NCBI GenBank assembly: GCA_021733945.1
Contig: JAIPJX010000004.1
Coordinates: 12,579-76,578 of the forward strand
Direction: 5' to 3'
Origin: Verrucomicrobiota bacterium
GTDB taxonomy: Bacteria > Verrucomicrobiota > Verrucomicrobiia > Limisphaerales > SIBE01
DNA: 64,000 nucleotides
Below the pieces are notes generated by a model, which was not told the origin of the DNA, did not search any database, and saw nothing but the letters and a program-made list of their open reading frames with translations. This document shows positions 20,607 through 29,776 of the stretch, piece after piece; position 1 is the stretch's first letter; every line of letters starts with the position of its first letter. The position numbers were made by a program, and so were the translations under genes.

Positions 20607-21770
20607 GTGAGCAACCCAACCCCAGACCAAACCCACGCGTCCGCACCCCGTTCCCTCGGTGCCCCCCGTCCCAAACGATCACGGTCCCTGAAGTTTTGGG
20701 GTACCTTGCTCGCAGCCGTCCCTCTGGCTGGATTTCTCTCCTGTTCCCTGCTCCATCAGGGACCTTACCTTCCGCCCGAACCACTGCCGGACACTCCCAT
20801 CCTGGACGTGCACTGCCACACCGCCGGCATCGGAGCAGGGGGAAGCGGCTGTTTCATCTCCGAATCGATGCAGAGCAGCCTGCGTTTTGATGTCTACCTG
20901 GACAGCTTCGGCACTTCCGTCTCGGAGCTCGAAACCCGGGGCGACGCCCTCATCCTGCAGAAAATCTCGAAGCAACTTCAGGAGAGCAAACATGTGGGGG
21001 GCGCAATCATCCTCGCGCTGGACGGAGTCATCAATGCTCAGGGAGAACTCGACCGCAGCCTCACCGAGATCCACGTGCCCAACGAATTCGTCGAGACCGA
21101 AACCGCGAAATACACAAACCTTTTCTGGGGTGCCAGCGTCAATCCGAAACGACCGGACGCCCTGGAGCGCCTGCAATGGGCGAAGGATCACGGAGCCAAA
21201 CTCGTCAAATGGATCCCCTCGATCATGCTCTTTGATCCCGCCGACGCATCGTTCCGGCCTTTCTACGAAAAACTGGTCGCCCTCAACATGCCCCTGCTCA
21301 CCCACGCCGGGAAGGAGGAAGCGTTCACCCACGCAAAAAACGAGCTGTGCGATCCTCAACGCCTCCACCTTCCGCTCCAATTGGGGGTCACCGTGATCGT
21401 CGCGCACATCGCCTCCACGGGCAGCAATCAGGGCGAACGCGACACGGATCGCCTGAGCCGGATGATGGGGCAGTACACCAACCTCTTTTCCGAAATCTCA
21501 TCCCTCACCCAGCTCAACAAGTCCGGTTATCTCAAGGAAGCGCTCATTCAACCCGAATGGACGGGGCGTTTGCTTTACGGCACCGACTACCCACTGATCA
21601 ACACTCCCCTGGTGTCGCCGTATTTTTACCCCCTCCGGCTCACCCGCAGGCAAATCCGGGAGCTCCGGTCGATCGAAAATCCATGGGACCGGGACGTCGC
21701 CCTGAAGCAGGCTCTGGGCGTGCCCGCGTCCGTCTTCGCCCGAAGCGCCGCATTCTTTCAAACCTGGTAA
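20607..21770 (+). CDS. Amidohydrolase family protein (membrane-anchored, possibly a lipoprotein)
   Basis: DVHCH, LTHAG, VAH, YGTDYP. Confidence 0.85.
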   Translation: MSNPTPDQTHASAPRSLGAPRPKRSRSLKFWGTLLAAVPLAGFLSCSLLHQGPYLPPEPLPDTPILDVHCHTAGIGAGGSGCFISESMQSSLRFDVYLDSFGTSVSELETRGDALILQKISKQLQESKHVGGAIILALDGVINAQGELDRSLTEIHVPNEFVETETAKYTNLFWGASVNPKRPDALERLQWAKDHGAKLVKWIPSIMLFDPADASFRPFYEKLVALNMPLLTHAGKEEAFTHAKNELCDPQRLHLPLQLGVTVIVAHIASTGSNQGERDTDRLSRMMGQYTNLFSEISSLTQLNKSGYLKEALIQPEWTGRLLYGTDYPLINTPLVSPYFYPLRLTRRQIRELRSIENPWDRDVALKQALGVPASVFARSAAFFQTW

Positions 21771-21829
21771 CCTCCGACTCGAGGTTCCTCATGGCTTGCC
21801 GTTGAACGGTTTGGGATCCTGATGGGAGT

Positions 21830-22620
21830 GAGTGGGGTTGCCGCTTCGGGCAGGACCAAAGCGGCGTCGGCGCTGCGCTCTGCCGCGCGCACTCCAAAAC
21901 ACCGTCGTTCTTCGGACGCCATGCCTTGGAATCCATGCCCATGGCAGACATCCGCTCCAAACGGACTGCCCCTGTGAACGATCTCGGCGGCAGCTGCCGA
22001 GCAGGGATAGGGGTCGGTCGCAGCGCGACCAACAGTGCCTCGCAGCGCGAGGCACACCACCTCATGAGCTACACCACTCCGCGGGGTTACTCCACTCGTG
22101 GGAATGCTCCGGCCTTCGCCAGGTTCGCGAAGCGTCATGGACTGCGGCAGTCATCTGCCGCTTTTGGACCTGCCAGCGCCGTGGAAAGCGGCAGAGGACT
22201 GCCGCAGTCGAAGATCTGGCGAAGGGATGAAGCCCCTCCCTGAATAAACCTTCCCGGGTGGACTGGGGCCTGTCGCGCTGCGACAACCGCCTACCCCAAA
22301 GGCGGGACTCCATGCGAAGGGTCCAAGGATGCCCGCGAAACAAAAAAGGCATCTCTGTTGCAGCAAGTTTTTGCGGTTCGCGCGAACCGTCCCGGTGAGC
22401 GGTCAGGGATCTGGACCTCGGGTGGCCCACGGCTCAGCGTGACGCTTCGCCCTACCGCCGAGGGGACGGGGAAAGGTAGCGCGAACCGTCCCGGTGAGCT
22501 TCCCCTGCATCTTAATCCGTGGTTAATTCCCCCTTCCCTGCAACCCGGCTCGCCGGGACGGTTCGCGCCACCCAAAAGCGGTAGAGGACTACCGCCGTCC
22601 AAGACGCTTCGCGAGTTTCG
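21830..22620. repeat. Mosaic of several REP/REPIN families and a ~160-bp dispersed element
   Basis: GGACTGCGGCAGT...AAAGCGGCAGAGGACTGCCGCAGTC doublet; GTAG REP doublets; 21903-22060 matches 41418-41710 (reverse); 22450-22613 matches 56578-56736 (reverse). Confidence 0.85.
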
Positions 22621-22630
22621 GGATACTTCA

Positions 22631-22762
22631 GAGCGTGTCCGAAAATCAGGATCCGACGTAAGACGACTTACTTCTTCAACTGCCAGACCAGGCGATTTTC
22701 AGAGTATTTGGAACCTCGTCACCCCGGCACCTCCCATGGAATGAGAGTTTACAGACAGGCTT
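22631..22762 (+). mobile_element. IS5-like 132-bp MITE (degenerate copy)
   Basis: Colinear without gaps with 30768-30899; ends GAGCGTGTCCGAAAA ... TTTACAGACAGGCTT. Confidence 0.8.
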
Positions 22763-22877
22763 AGCGTTTCGCGTTGCATCCACGCGGGGATTCAGGGACG
22801 ATCGACATTGGAGCCACGCGGGGATGGATTCATTCCTCCGCAACACGGCTTGCGTGCAACTGTTTCGAATCAAAATC

Positions 22878-23759
22878 ATGAAAGAGAATTCCGCTGAGTG
22901 TGTATTGGAAGCGAAGGCAGTCCTGGGCGAAGGGCCTTCCTGGGATGTCAAACGTCAGCGGCTTTTGTGGGTCGACATTGAATCCTCCCTGGTCTGCGTG
23001 TTTGACCCGGTCACCCGCGAGAACAAAACTTTCCCCACCGGCAGTCACGTGGGGTCCGCGGTCCTGAGCGCCAAAGGGGACGTGATCGCGGCCACGCACC
23101 AGGGATTCGTCCGGCTGAACCTAGACACCGGCGCACTCGCTCCGATCTGTGATCCGGAAGCGGATTTGCCGGGCAACCGTTTCAACGATGGCAAATGTGA
23201 TCCGAAGGGTCGCTTCTGGGCCGGATCGATGGGCTACGACGAATCCAAAACAACCGGCAACCTGTATCGATTGAACGAACAGTTGAAGGCCGAGAAAATG
23301 CTGGACGGAATTTCGATTTCCAACGGGCTGGCGTGGTCGGCTGATCAACGCACCCTTTACTACATTGATACGCCCACCATGCGCGTGGACGCGTTTGATT
23401 TCGACCCGGAAACATCCGCGATCTCCAACCGCAGAACCGCCATTCAAATCCCCGAAGGGATCGGTTACCCGGACGGAATGAGCATGGATGCGGAAGGCAT
23501 GCTCTGGATCTGCCTTTGGGATGGCTGGGCGGTGACACGCTGGAATCCCAACACCGGCGAACAACTGGAAAAGATTTCACTGCCGGTCGGCCGCGCCACC
23601 TCCTGCTGTTTCGGAGGCAGGGACCTGAACGAACTCTACATTACTTCCGCCTCAACACGGCTCAGCGAGGAAGAGCTCGCGAAACAACCGCTGGCGGGAG
23701 CCCTGTTCCGTGTAAAACCCGGTGTTTCGGGTCCCCCGCCCTTCCTGTTCGCCGGATGA
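22878..23759 (+). CDS. SMP-30/gluconolactonase family sugar lactonase
   Basis: LGEGPSW, RFNDGKCD..GRFWAG, SNGLAWS, PDGMSMD. Confidence 0.92.
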   Translation: MKENSAECVLEAKAVLGEGPSWDVKRQRLLWVDIESSLVCVFDPVTRENKTFPTGSHVGSAVLSAKGDVIAATHQGFVRLNLDTGALAPICDPEADLPGNRFNDGKCDPKGRFWAGSMGYDESKTTGNLYRLNEQLKAEKMLDGISISNGLAWSADQRTLYYIDTPTMRVDAFDFDPETSAISNRRTAIQIPEGIGYPDGMSMDAEGMLWICLWDGWAVTRWNPNTGEQLEKISLPVGRATSCCFGGRDLNELYITSASTRLSEEELAKQPLAGALFRVKPGVSGPPPFLFAG

Positions 23760-23792
23760 TCCCGCCGGTGCGGCCGGACTGTTTCCGACGCC

Positions 23793-25280
23793 TCATTCCC
23801 GGTTGATCACACGGAGCGACCATTGATCAAAGCGCTCGCGTACGGTCAAAAGCCCGAAGGTATCGAACGTAAAACCGCAGTTCCGACCATAAACGCTGTC
23901 GGGTGCCACGTTGAACGTCCAGACAGATCCATCGGGAACGGATCGAGCCTCCCGCACGTCGAGTGTTTTCCGCAATCGGGCGTCGTCGGCCTCGGGAAGC
24001 GTGTCGTTCTCCTGCCAATGCCTGAAGAGGCCGTTGCCGGATCGGAGACGTCGCATCATTGGATTCACCGCCGACGAATGCTGGTGCGCTCGAAACACGG
24101 CCCGGACATTCCGACCACCCTCCGAGCCGGCACGAAGAGTCGCCCGGGCGGCAGCTTCACCGAACACCCACCCGCGGCCCGCGTCGTATCCAATCGCAGG
24201 TTCGGTCCCAAGCAACGTAAAATCGTTCCACATGAAACCGATCAAACCGGGAGCAATCGGAGAGACGGGCTTAAAATTTCGCCACATCGCGGAATAGCGC
24301 GTTCTGTCGGATCCGGGAATGGACTGCACCAACTCCGGATGCCGCTCCAAAAAGTCAACCTGCCGCAATTCGCCCAGCAACTGAAACCGGGTTTCTCCCG
24401 GAGCGGCGAGCAACCCGGCGGGATCGTAGCCCGGCTCCAATCCGCCGTGATTGCACTGGATAAAATCCGTGCCTGTCCCCAGATAAAGCGCCACCGGGAG
24501 GAAATCGTAGATGCGCGAGACTTTGCGGATGGCGGCCCGGTCCATGCCGAACTTGGCGACGAACTCCTGAATAAACCCGTATCGGCTGGTCAATCCGATG
24601 TCCTCATGATTCCCGCGCGTCATCCACACCCGCTCCGGATTCTCCGTCTTCAACCGAAGCAGCGTGTACAACACCTCCGTCCCGTAGACTCCCCGGTCGG
24701 TGTAATCCCCGAGAAACACGAGATACGTGGTCGGGCGCAGGATTTTAAAACCGTTCAGATACCCCTGCTCGTTGAGCCAGGCAAGCATGCCGGTGAGGGA
24801 CTGCACATCTCCATGGAAATCACCGTGAAAAAAAACCTCCGCGTCGGCCGGAACAATGAGCTTCTGAGTGAACGGCTGAAACGGAATCGCGGGCGGTTCG
24901 AAATAGACCCGGCTTGCATCAAAGAATTCATCCGCCGCCGGTGGCGCTCCCACCCACACGTCGGGGGAACGCATCACTCCGTTCGTGCTCCACTCGAAAA
25001 AGCGGTCCAGCACCACCTCCAGTTCGCTGAAACGCTTCAGAGGCAGAAGGTCTTTGGCAGGCAGACGAAACCCGGACCTCAGATTCGATGGCAGCTTCGC
25101 GCACGCCTGCATCCAGTCGGCAAACGCGATTGCAGACTCGGACTCGGAGGCCAGGGCCGCCGGACGTTCCATCACCACAGCGGATTTCGCTGCCGCGTGG
25201 TTGGCGGGTTCGGACTGTTCCTGGCACCCGGCGCAGACCACTCCGAGCACCAGGCCGTATAAAACTGAACGTGTTATCAT
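23793..25280 (-). CDS. PPP-type metallophosphoesterase, predicted lipoprotein
   Basis: GDFHGD, GDYTDRG, RGNHE, HGG, RAHQ motifs; lipobox-like VVCAG-C; start placed at 25280. Confidence 0.8.
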   Translation of the reverse strand: MITRSVLYGLVLGVVCAGCQEQSEPANHAAAKSAVVMERPAALASESESAIAFADWMQACAKLPSNLRSGFRLPAKDLLPLKRFSELEVVLDRFFEWSTNGVMRSPDVWVGAPPAADEFFDASRVYFEPPAIPFQPFTQKLIVPADAEVFFHGDFHGDVQSLTGMLAWLNEQGYLNGFKILRPTTYLVFLGDYTDRGVYGTEVLYTLLRLKTENPERVWMTRGNHEDIGLTSRYGFIQEFVAKFGMDRAAIRKVSRIYDFLPVALYLGTGTDFIQCNHGGLEPGYDPAGLLAAPGETRFQLLGELRQVDFLERHPELVQSIPGSDRTRYSAMWRNFKPVSPIAPGLIGFMWNDFTLLGTEPAIGYDAGRGWVFGEAAARATLRAGSEGGRNVRAVFRAHQHSSAVNPMMRRLRSGNGLFRHWQENDTLPEADDARLRKTLDVREARSVPDGSVWTFNVAPDSVYGRNCGFTFDTFGLLTVRERFDQWSLRVINRE

Positions 25281-25363
25281 TTGCAATGGAAGCCGTTTGC
25301 GGACCCTTACAAAAAACGACGCCATACGCGGAACCCTAGCCACCGGTTCGTTGCAAGTAAAGC

Positions 25364-25560
25364 CTACCGCCCCGCGAAGAACCAAACCACATCCGAGTCG
25401 CTCAGAATCAGATTGAGTTGTGAGTTCGCTTCGATGCCGTCCGGGATGCCCTCGCCGCCAGCGTCCGGATGACCTGGATCGGTTCCGGCGTCCGTTGCCG
25501 AGACCCGTACGCCGGTGCCATTTTCATCAAAATTGGGCAAACCGTTATCGCTGGCATCGT
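25364..25560 (-). pseudogene. Remnant paralog of the C-terminal part of 26896-28116
   Basis: Translates DASDNGLPNFDENGTGVRVSATDAGTDPGHPDAGGEGIPDGIEANSQLNLILSDSDVVWFFAGR*, colinear with DTDGDGLLDTAETGTGIWVSATDTGTDPANPDTDGDGIPDGVEAGSPLDPNVNDSDVISFFAER. Confidence 0.85.
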
Positions 25561-25600
25561 AAAATGGACTAGACTATTTTACGATGCCAGCGATAATGGT
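25541..25600. promoter_or_regulatory. 25-bp-arm inverted repeat containing a candidate leaderless promoter
   Basis: ACCGTTATCGCTGGCATCGTAAAAT-N10-ATTTTACGATGCCAGCGATAATGGT (24/25 match); TAGACT-N16-GATAAT lies 6 nt before ATG 25604. Confidence 0.65.
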
Positions 25601-25603
25601 CCA

Positions 25604-26803
25604 ATGAATGAGCGTCCACGCTTGTACACTTCGGTCTTGCAGGATCACCTCGAAAGGCACAGGCAGATGGCGTTTGTTTCAGGTCCGCGGCAGGTCGGAA
25701 AAACCACCGTGTGCCGTTCCCTCAGCAATTCGTATCTCAACTGGGACAACTCCGATGACAGGCGAAGCGTCTTACGCGGCCCCGCATCACTGGCCGAGTC
25801 GCTACAATTGAATCGCCTGCGCGGAAAACCACCCGTTGCGGTTCTCGACGAATTGCACAAATACTCCAACTGGAAAGCATTGCTCAAAGGTTTCTTCGAC
25901 ACACATGGTGACAGAGTTCGGTTGATCGTGACGGGTAGTTCCCGGCTGGATATTTTCCGCCGGGGAGGCGACAGCCTGATGGGGCGTTACCTCTTGTATC
26001 GAATACATCCCTGGAGCGTCGGCGAGTGCTTAAGGACGGACTTGCCCGCGCAGGAAATTCAGTTGCCAGGCGAGATATCCACAGCGGATTGGGATGCGCT
26101 GTGGGAGCATGGCGGATTCCCTGAACCATTTCTGCGCCGGGACATTCGCTTCAGCCGCCGCTGGCGTTCTTTGCGACGGGAGCAACTGTCACGGGAAGAC
26201 CTCCGCGAAGTCGCGCACATCACCGATCTCGGCACGATGGAAACCCTGATGCAACTGCTCGCCGAACACAGCGCTCGACAGCTCGTTTATTCGAACCTGG
26301 CCCGGGAGATCCAACTGTCGGTGGACACGGTGAAGCGATGGGTTGACCTGCTCGGCCGCATGCATTACGGGTTCCTCGTCCGGCCATGGTTTCAAAATGT
26401 TGCCAAGGCCCTGCGCAAAGAACCCAAATGGTTTCTCCGCGACTGGAGTGGATTGGCGGACGAAGGGGCGCGGGCTGAAACTTTCATTGCTTGCCATCTT
26501 CTCAAGGCGGTCGAATCCTGGACCGATCTTGGGTTTGGCGATTTCGAGTTGCGTTACTTGCGCGACAAACAAAAGCGCGAAGTGGACTTCATGGTAGTGC
26601 GCGACCGCAAACCCTGGTTCCTGGTCGAGGTCAAGCTCACCGACGCGAACCTATCCCCGTCGCTCGCCTATTTCCAGGCCCAGACGAAGGCAGTTCACGC
26701 TTTCCAAGTGGTTTTGAACTTGCCCTATGAGCAGGCTGATTGTTTTCAGATCCACCGCCCAATCGTCGTTCCTGCCAAAACCTTCCTCTCCCAGCTTCTG
26801 TGA
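25604..26803 (+). CDS. AAA_14 ATPase with DUF4143-type C-terminal domain
   Basis: GPRQVGKTT, LDELHK, VTGSS, GGFPE, EVDF...LVEVK (PD-(D/E)xK-like). Confidence 0.88.
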   Translation: MNERPRLYTSVLQDHLERHRQMAFVSGPRQVGKTTVCRSLSNSYLNWDNSDDRRSVLRGPASLAESLQLNRLRGKPPVAVLDELHKYSNWKALLKGFFDTHGDRVRLIVTGSSRLDIFRRGGDSLMGRYLLYRIHPWSVGECLRTDLPAQEIQLPGEISTADWDALWEHGGFPEPFLRRDIRFSRRWRSLRREQLSREDLREVAHITDLGTMETLMQLLAEHSARQLVYSNLAREIQLSVDTVKRWVDLLGRMHYGFLVRPWFQNVAKALRKEPKWFLRDWSGLADEGARAETFIACHLLKAVESWTDLGFGDFELRYLRDKQKREVDFMVVRDRKPWFLVEVKLTDANLSPSLAYFQAQTKAVHAFQVVLNLPYEQADCFQIHRPIVVPAKTFLSQLL

Positions 26804-26895
26804 TGGGGAAAGCCCACATATCACTCCGGAGCACATGACAGAATTCTTCGGCCAAGCCGCTAGATCAAGGAAATCCTTTAATCCAAAGGGCCGGT

Positions 26896-28116
26896 TCAAG
26901 GGCCGGCAGGATTCGTCCGAAGGAGGTAGAAGAGCAACCCTCTTCCGTCCGACGGGATTTTGATCACCAGATCGCCCAACTCAACTTGAGCGGCGGTTTG
27001 GGGGAGTTGAAGCCTGACCCACGATTCCAGGTCCCGAGATTCCGCAAGATTCATCCGAATCACAAAATCACCGTTCGCATCTTTCTGAAGAAGTGGTGCT
27101 CCGAAGGCCAAACTCTTGGTCCGTTCAGCAAAAAACGAAATCACATCCGAATCGTTGACGTTTGGATCAAGGGGCGAGCCGGCTTCCACGCCGTCCGGGA
27201 TGCCATCGCCGTCCGTGTCCGGATTGGCTGGATCGGTTCCCGTGTCCGTTGCGGAGACCCATATACCTGTGCCTGTTTCTGCGGTGTCCAGCAGACCATC
27301 GCCGTCGGTGTCGAGATCGGGGGGCGGACCATCCGTGACTTCGAGTATTTCGAATACCACATCCCGAGGTTGGGTTGAGAACTTGTCGAGGATCACCAGA
27401 TTGGCTTGAAATACAAATCGGCGCCCGAGCAACGCGGTGTCCCCGAGAAGACCGATCGGGACAGAGGTGACAAACTGTTCCGCGGCAGGAACCACAGGTT
27501 CAGTTCCCGAGCTATTCAAGGTTTCCCCCTCGCGCACGGACCATTGAATCCGGGTAACGGGGAAGTCAGGCAGCCGGGAGAATGAGTGTCGTTGAGTGCG
27601 GCTCCAGTTGCCAAAAGCGTCCATGACCCGATAACCGAACGCGTACCGGCCCGGTAACGAAGGCATCGATTCCGGAACGATCTCCCCGGACAAGGTCTTG
27701 GTGGGCTCGGTTTGAAGGGCAATCGCATTTCCATGCCCCGGATCGTCGCCGATAAAATATTCGGCCCGGACCAGATCCGGTTTCTCCCGGATCGCGAACG
27801 AGTTCAGGAAAAAAGCGTGTGCGGATGGCGCGTTCCAATCACCGCGCTTGTTCTGAGCCCGGAAATAAAGAGTGTGAGACCCATGAGCCAGGTTCGAAAG
27901 ATCCGGCTCCAGGTTCAGCGTGACAGCACCGGAGTCATCCGCTTCGAATAGAAGCGGCGTACCGTTTCCGTGACCCGGATCGATGTCCAGATAGTATTCA
28001 ATGCGTGCTGGAGCGCCGTTGGAATCGTCAAGAGACGGAATGGTGATTCCAGAGACGGCCGGCACCAGGACAAACACCGCAAGCGCGGCACTTAGCTGCT
28101 TTATGCAGAAGTCCAT
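26896..28116 (-). CDS. Secreted protein with two EY(Y/F).D.DPG.GN domains, DxDxDG Ca-binding repeats and an S.DL..W...FY C-terminal domain
   Basis: Signal peptide; IEYYLDIDPGHGNG and AEYFIGDDPGHGNA; DTDGDG twice; ESRDLESW...LLFYLLR. Confidence 0.8.
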   Translation of the reverse strand: MDFCIKQLSAALAVFVLVPAVSGITIPSLDDSNGAPARIEYYLDIDPGHGNGTPLLFEADDSGAVTLNLEPDLSNLAHGSHTLYFRAQNKRGDWNAPSAHAFFLNSFAIREKPDLVRAEYFIGDDPGHGNAIALQTEPTKTLSGEIVPESMPSLPGRYAFGYRVMDAFGNWSRTQRHSFSRLPDFPVTRIQWSVREGETLNSSGTEPVVPAAEQFVTSVPIGLLGDTALLGRRFVFQANLVILDKFSTQPRDVVFEILEVTDGPPPDLDTDGDGLLDTAETGTGIWVSATDTGTDPANPDTDGDGIPDGVEAGSPLDPNVNDSDVISFFAERTKSLAFGAPLLQKDANGDFVIRMNLAESRDLESWVRLQLPQTAAQVELGDLVIKIPSDGRGLLFYLLRTNPAGP

Positions 28117-28123
28117 GGATCGA

Positions 28124-29203
28124 TCAATTGTTGGATTGCACTTCCACTGTGACCTTCAGGCCTTCACCGGCCCCAACCACACGCGGTGCTTCGATTCGGC
28201 TGATAATCGGAAGGGGCGGTTGCAGAGTCGGATTCCAAGCATGAATGCCCCCATAAATTCCAATGTCTTCGCCGTTTAACCCCGCTCCTTTGGCAGGACT
28301 GTCTGAAGTCAAAACATAGGGCTCTCCCCATGCGCCTTGATTGACAATAATGTCATTCAAAGATTCGAATCTTGGGTTGGATGCTGTTGGGAAGCTACTA
28401 GCGAACGAGTCCAGATCGGTGCGAACAAAATTGTTAAACCGCGCTAGAGGATCGCCCACTTTAAAGGTAACCGCTCCACCGCCGATCCTACTGCTAATAA
28501 TATTGTTAAACATTCTCCCAGAAAACTGGATGTTCAGGCCCACCGATCCATATGAAAAATTATTCTCTCTCGCTACCATTAAGATATTGTTAAAGAAATC
28601 ACCGTCGCCGAGATCGCCGTTCAAAAGCATATACTCGCCGTTGACGATATTATTTGCAAAAATCAAGCTGGATAGCGGCCTTTCAGAGCGGATGAAGCTC
28701 CCCTGAAAATAGTTATTGATAACGTGTAGATTACTCACCATTGCACCGACGGGAGCAGCTCCAGCAACACTCATCCGAAATTCCACCGCAGAAAATCGGT
28801 TCCTAAAGAAAGTAATTCCTTTCGATGGAGCATTAACACTTACTGAGCCTTCAAACACCAACCCCGTGAGGAAGACATCGTTCCCCGTGATCGAGAAGCT
28901 TCCCAGTTTAGAATCGACATTGGCGGCCTTTGGAAAAGAAGTTTCCTTCCCGTAACCAGAACCCACAATCGTGACAGACTTCGTTATCGATTCCAGCCCG
29001 TAGCGCGTGCCTGAGGGCATCACATAGATCGTATCCGCCGGCTGCGCCGCCTCCAGGGCTTCCGGAAGCGATTCAAAATCCGCCGCTTGATTCGCAGGAT
29101 CGCGATCGACGACCCATACAGCAGCCGTTAAATCATTCAAACCACCCGCCAGTGCGAGCAGAATCAGGGGTGATGCCAAAGATTTGGTAGTTTTTGTGAT
29201 CAT
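28124..29203 (-). CDS. Secreted parallel beta-helix (pectin-lyase-like) protein
   Basis: ADFESLPEALEAAQPADTIYVMPS, Asn-ladder repeats (NNYF, NNIV, NNIL), SPAKGAG..GEDIGIYGG; AT-rich. Confidence 0.78.
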   Translation of the reverse strand: MITKTTKSLASPLILLALAGGLNDLTAAVWVVDRDPANQAADFESLPEALEAAQPADTIYVMPSGTRYGLESITKSVTIVGSGYGKETSFPKAANVDSKLGSFSITGNDVFLTGLVFEGSVSVNAPSKGITFFRNRFSAVEFRMSVAGAAPVGAMVSNLHVINNYFQGSFIRSERPLSSLIFANNIVNGEYMLLNGDLGDGDFFNNILMVARENNFSYGSVGLNIQFSGRMFNNIISSRIGGGAVTFKVGDPLARFNNFVRTDLDSFASSFPTASNPRFESLNDIIVNQGAWGEPYVLTSDSPAKGAGLNGEDIGIYGGIHAWNPTLQPPLPIISRIEAPRVVGAGEGLKVTVEVQSNN

Positions 29204-29359
29204 GTTTGGTGTCTTAATGGATTCCATTCAGGTTCATTGAGGTTTTTTGGGCAGCGGTCAAATCACTCAACAGTTTGGCCGTGCCCGTGGTTCCAAACCG
29301 ATATTCGCGCGCGACAACCCGCCATGGAGAGGGGAAAAAACGTTTCATTCCACCGCTTT

Positions 29360-29388
29360 CTACGACGCCAGGACCCCGATCTTGCCGT
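29360..29388 (-). promoter_or_regulatory. Candidate ECF promoter for the secreted gene pair
   Basis: ACGGCAAGAT-CGGGGTCCTGG-CGTCGTAG with an upstream T-tract; same motif and spacing at 30517-30545. Confidence 0.65.
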
Positions 29389-29529
29389 TCCAGCAACAAA
29401 ATCTAAAAAAATTTTCAACTGGGTCTGTGGAGGTGGAATTCAGCAACAATAGGAGTGGAGTCCCCAAACGGCCTGTGGCCATTGAGGTCGCGGGCCGTTT
29501 TGGCTGCATTTTTAGCTTCATCGCGTTAG

Positions 29530-29672
29530 GAGCCTGTCTGAAAATTCTCATTCCATGGTAGGAGCCGAGGTGACGAGGCTCCAAAATTCTCTGAAAATCA
29601 CCCGGTTTGGCAGTTCAAGAAGTGGACCTAAAGAAGTGGACCTACTTACGTCGGCACCACCTTTTCACGCTC
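29530..29672 (-). mobile_element. IS5-like MITE copy (reverse) with an internal 14-bp duplication
   Basis: GAGCCTGTCTGAAAA ... TTTTCACGCTC; AAGAAGTGGACCTA twice in tandem. Confidence 0.8.
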
Positions 29673-29776
29673 CAAGAAGGCTTTGACTCTGAGGGCGTTG
29701 CGCATAAACTGCCAGCGCATCGCAGTGCCAGGCGAACTCGGGCGCATCTCAACTCGCGGTGTTGCTGGTACCAAGA

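Noticed and set aside
21789-22744. Short ORFs in the repeat cluster
   Set aside because: They translate REP/MITE sequence; the same peptides recur at other repeat copies
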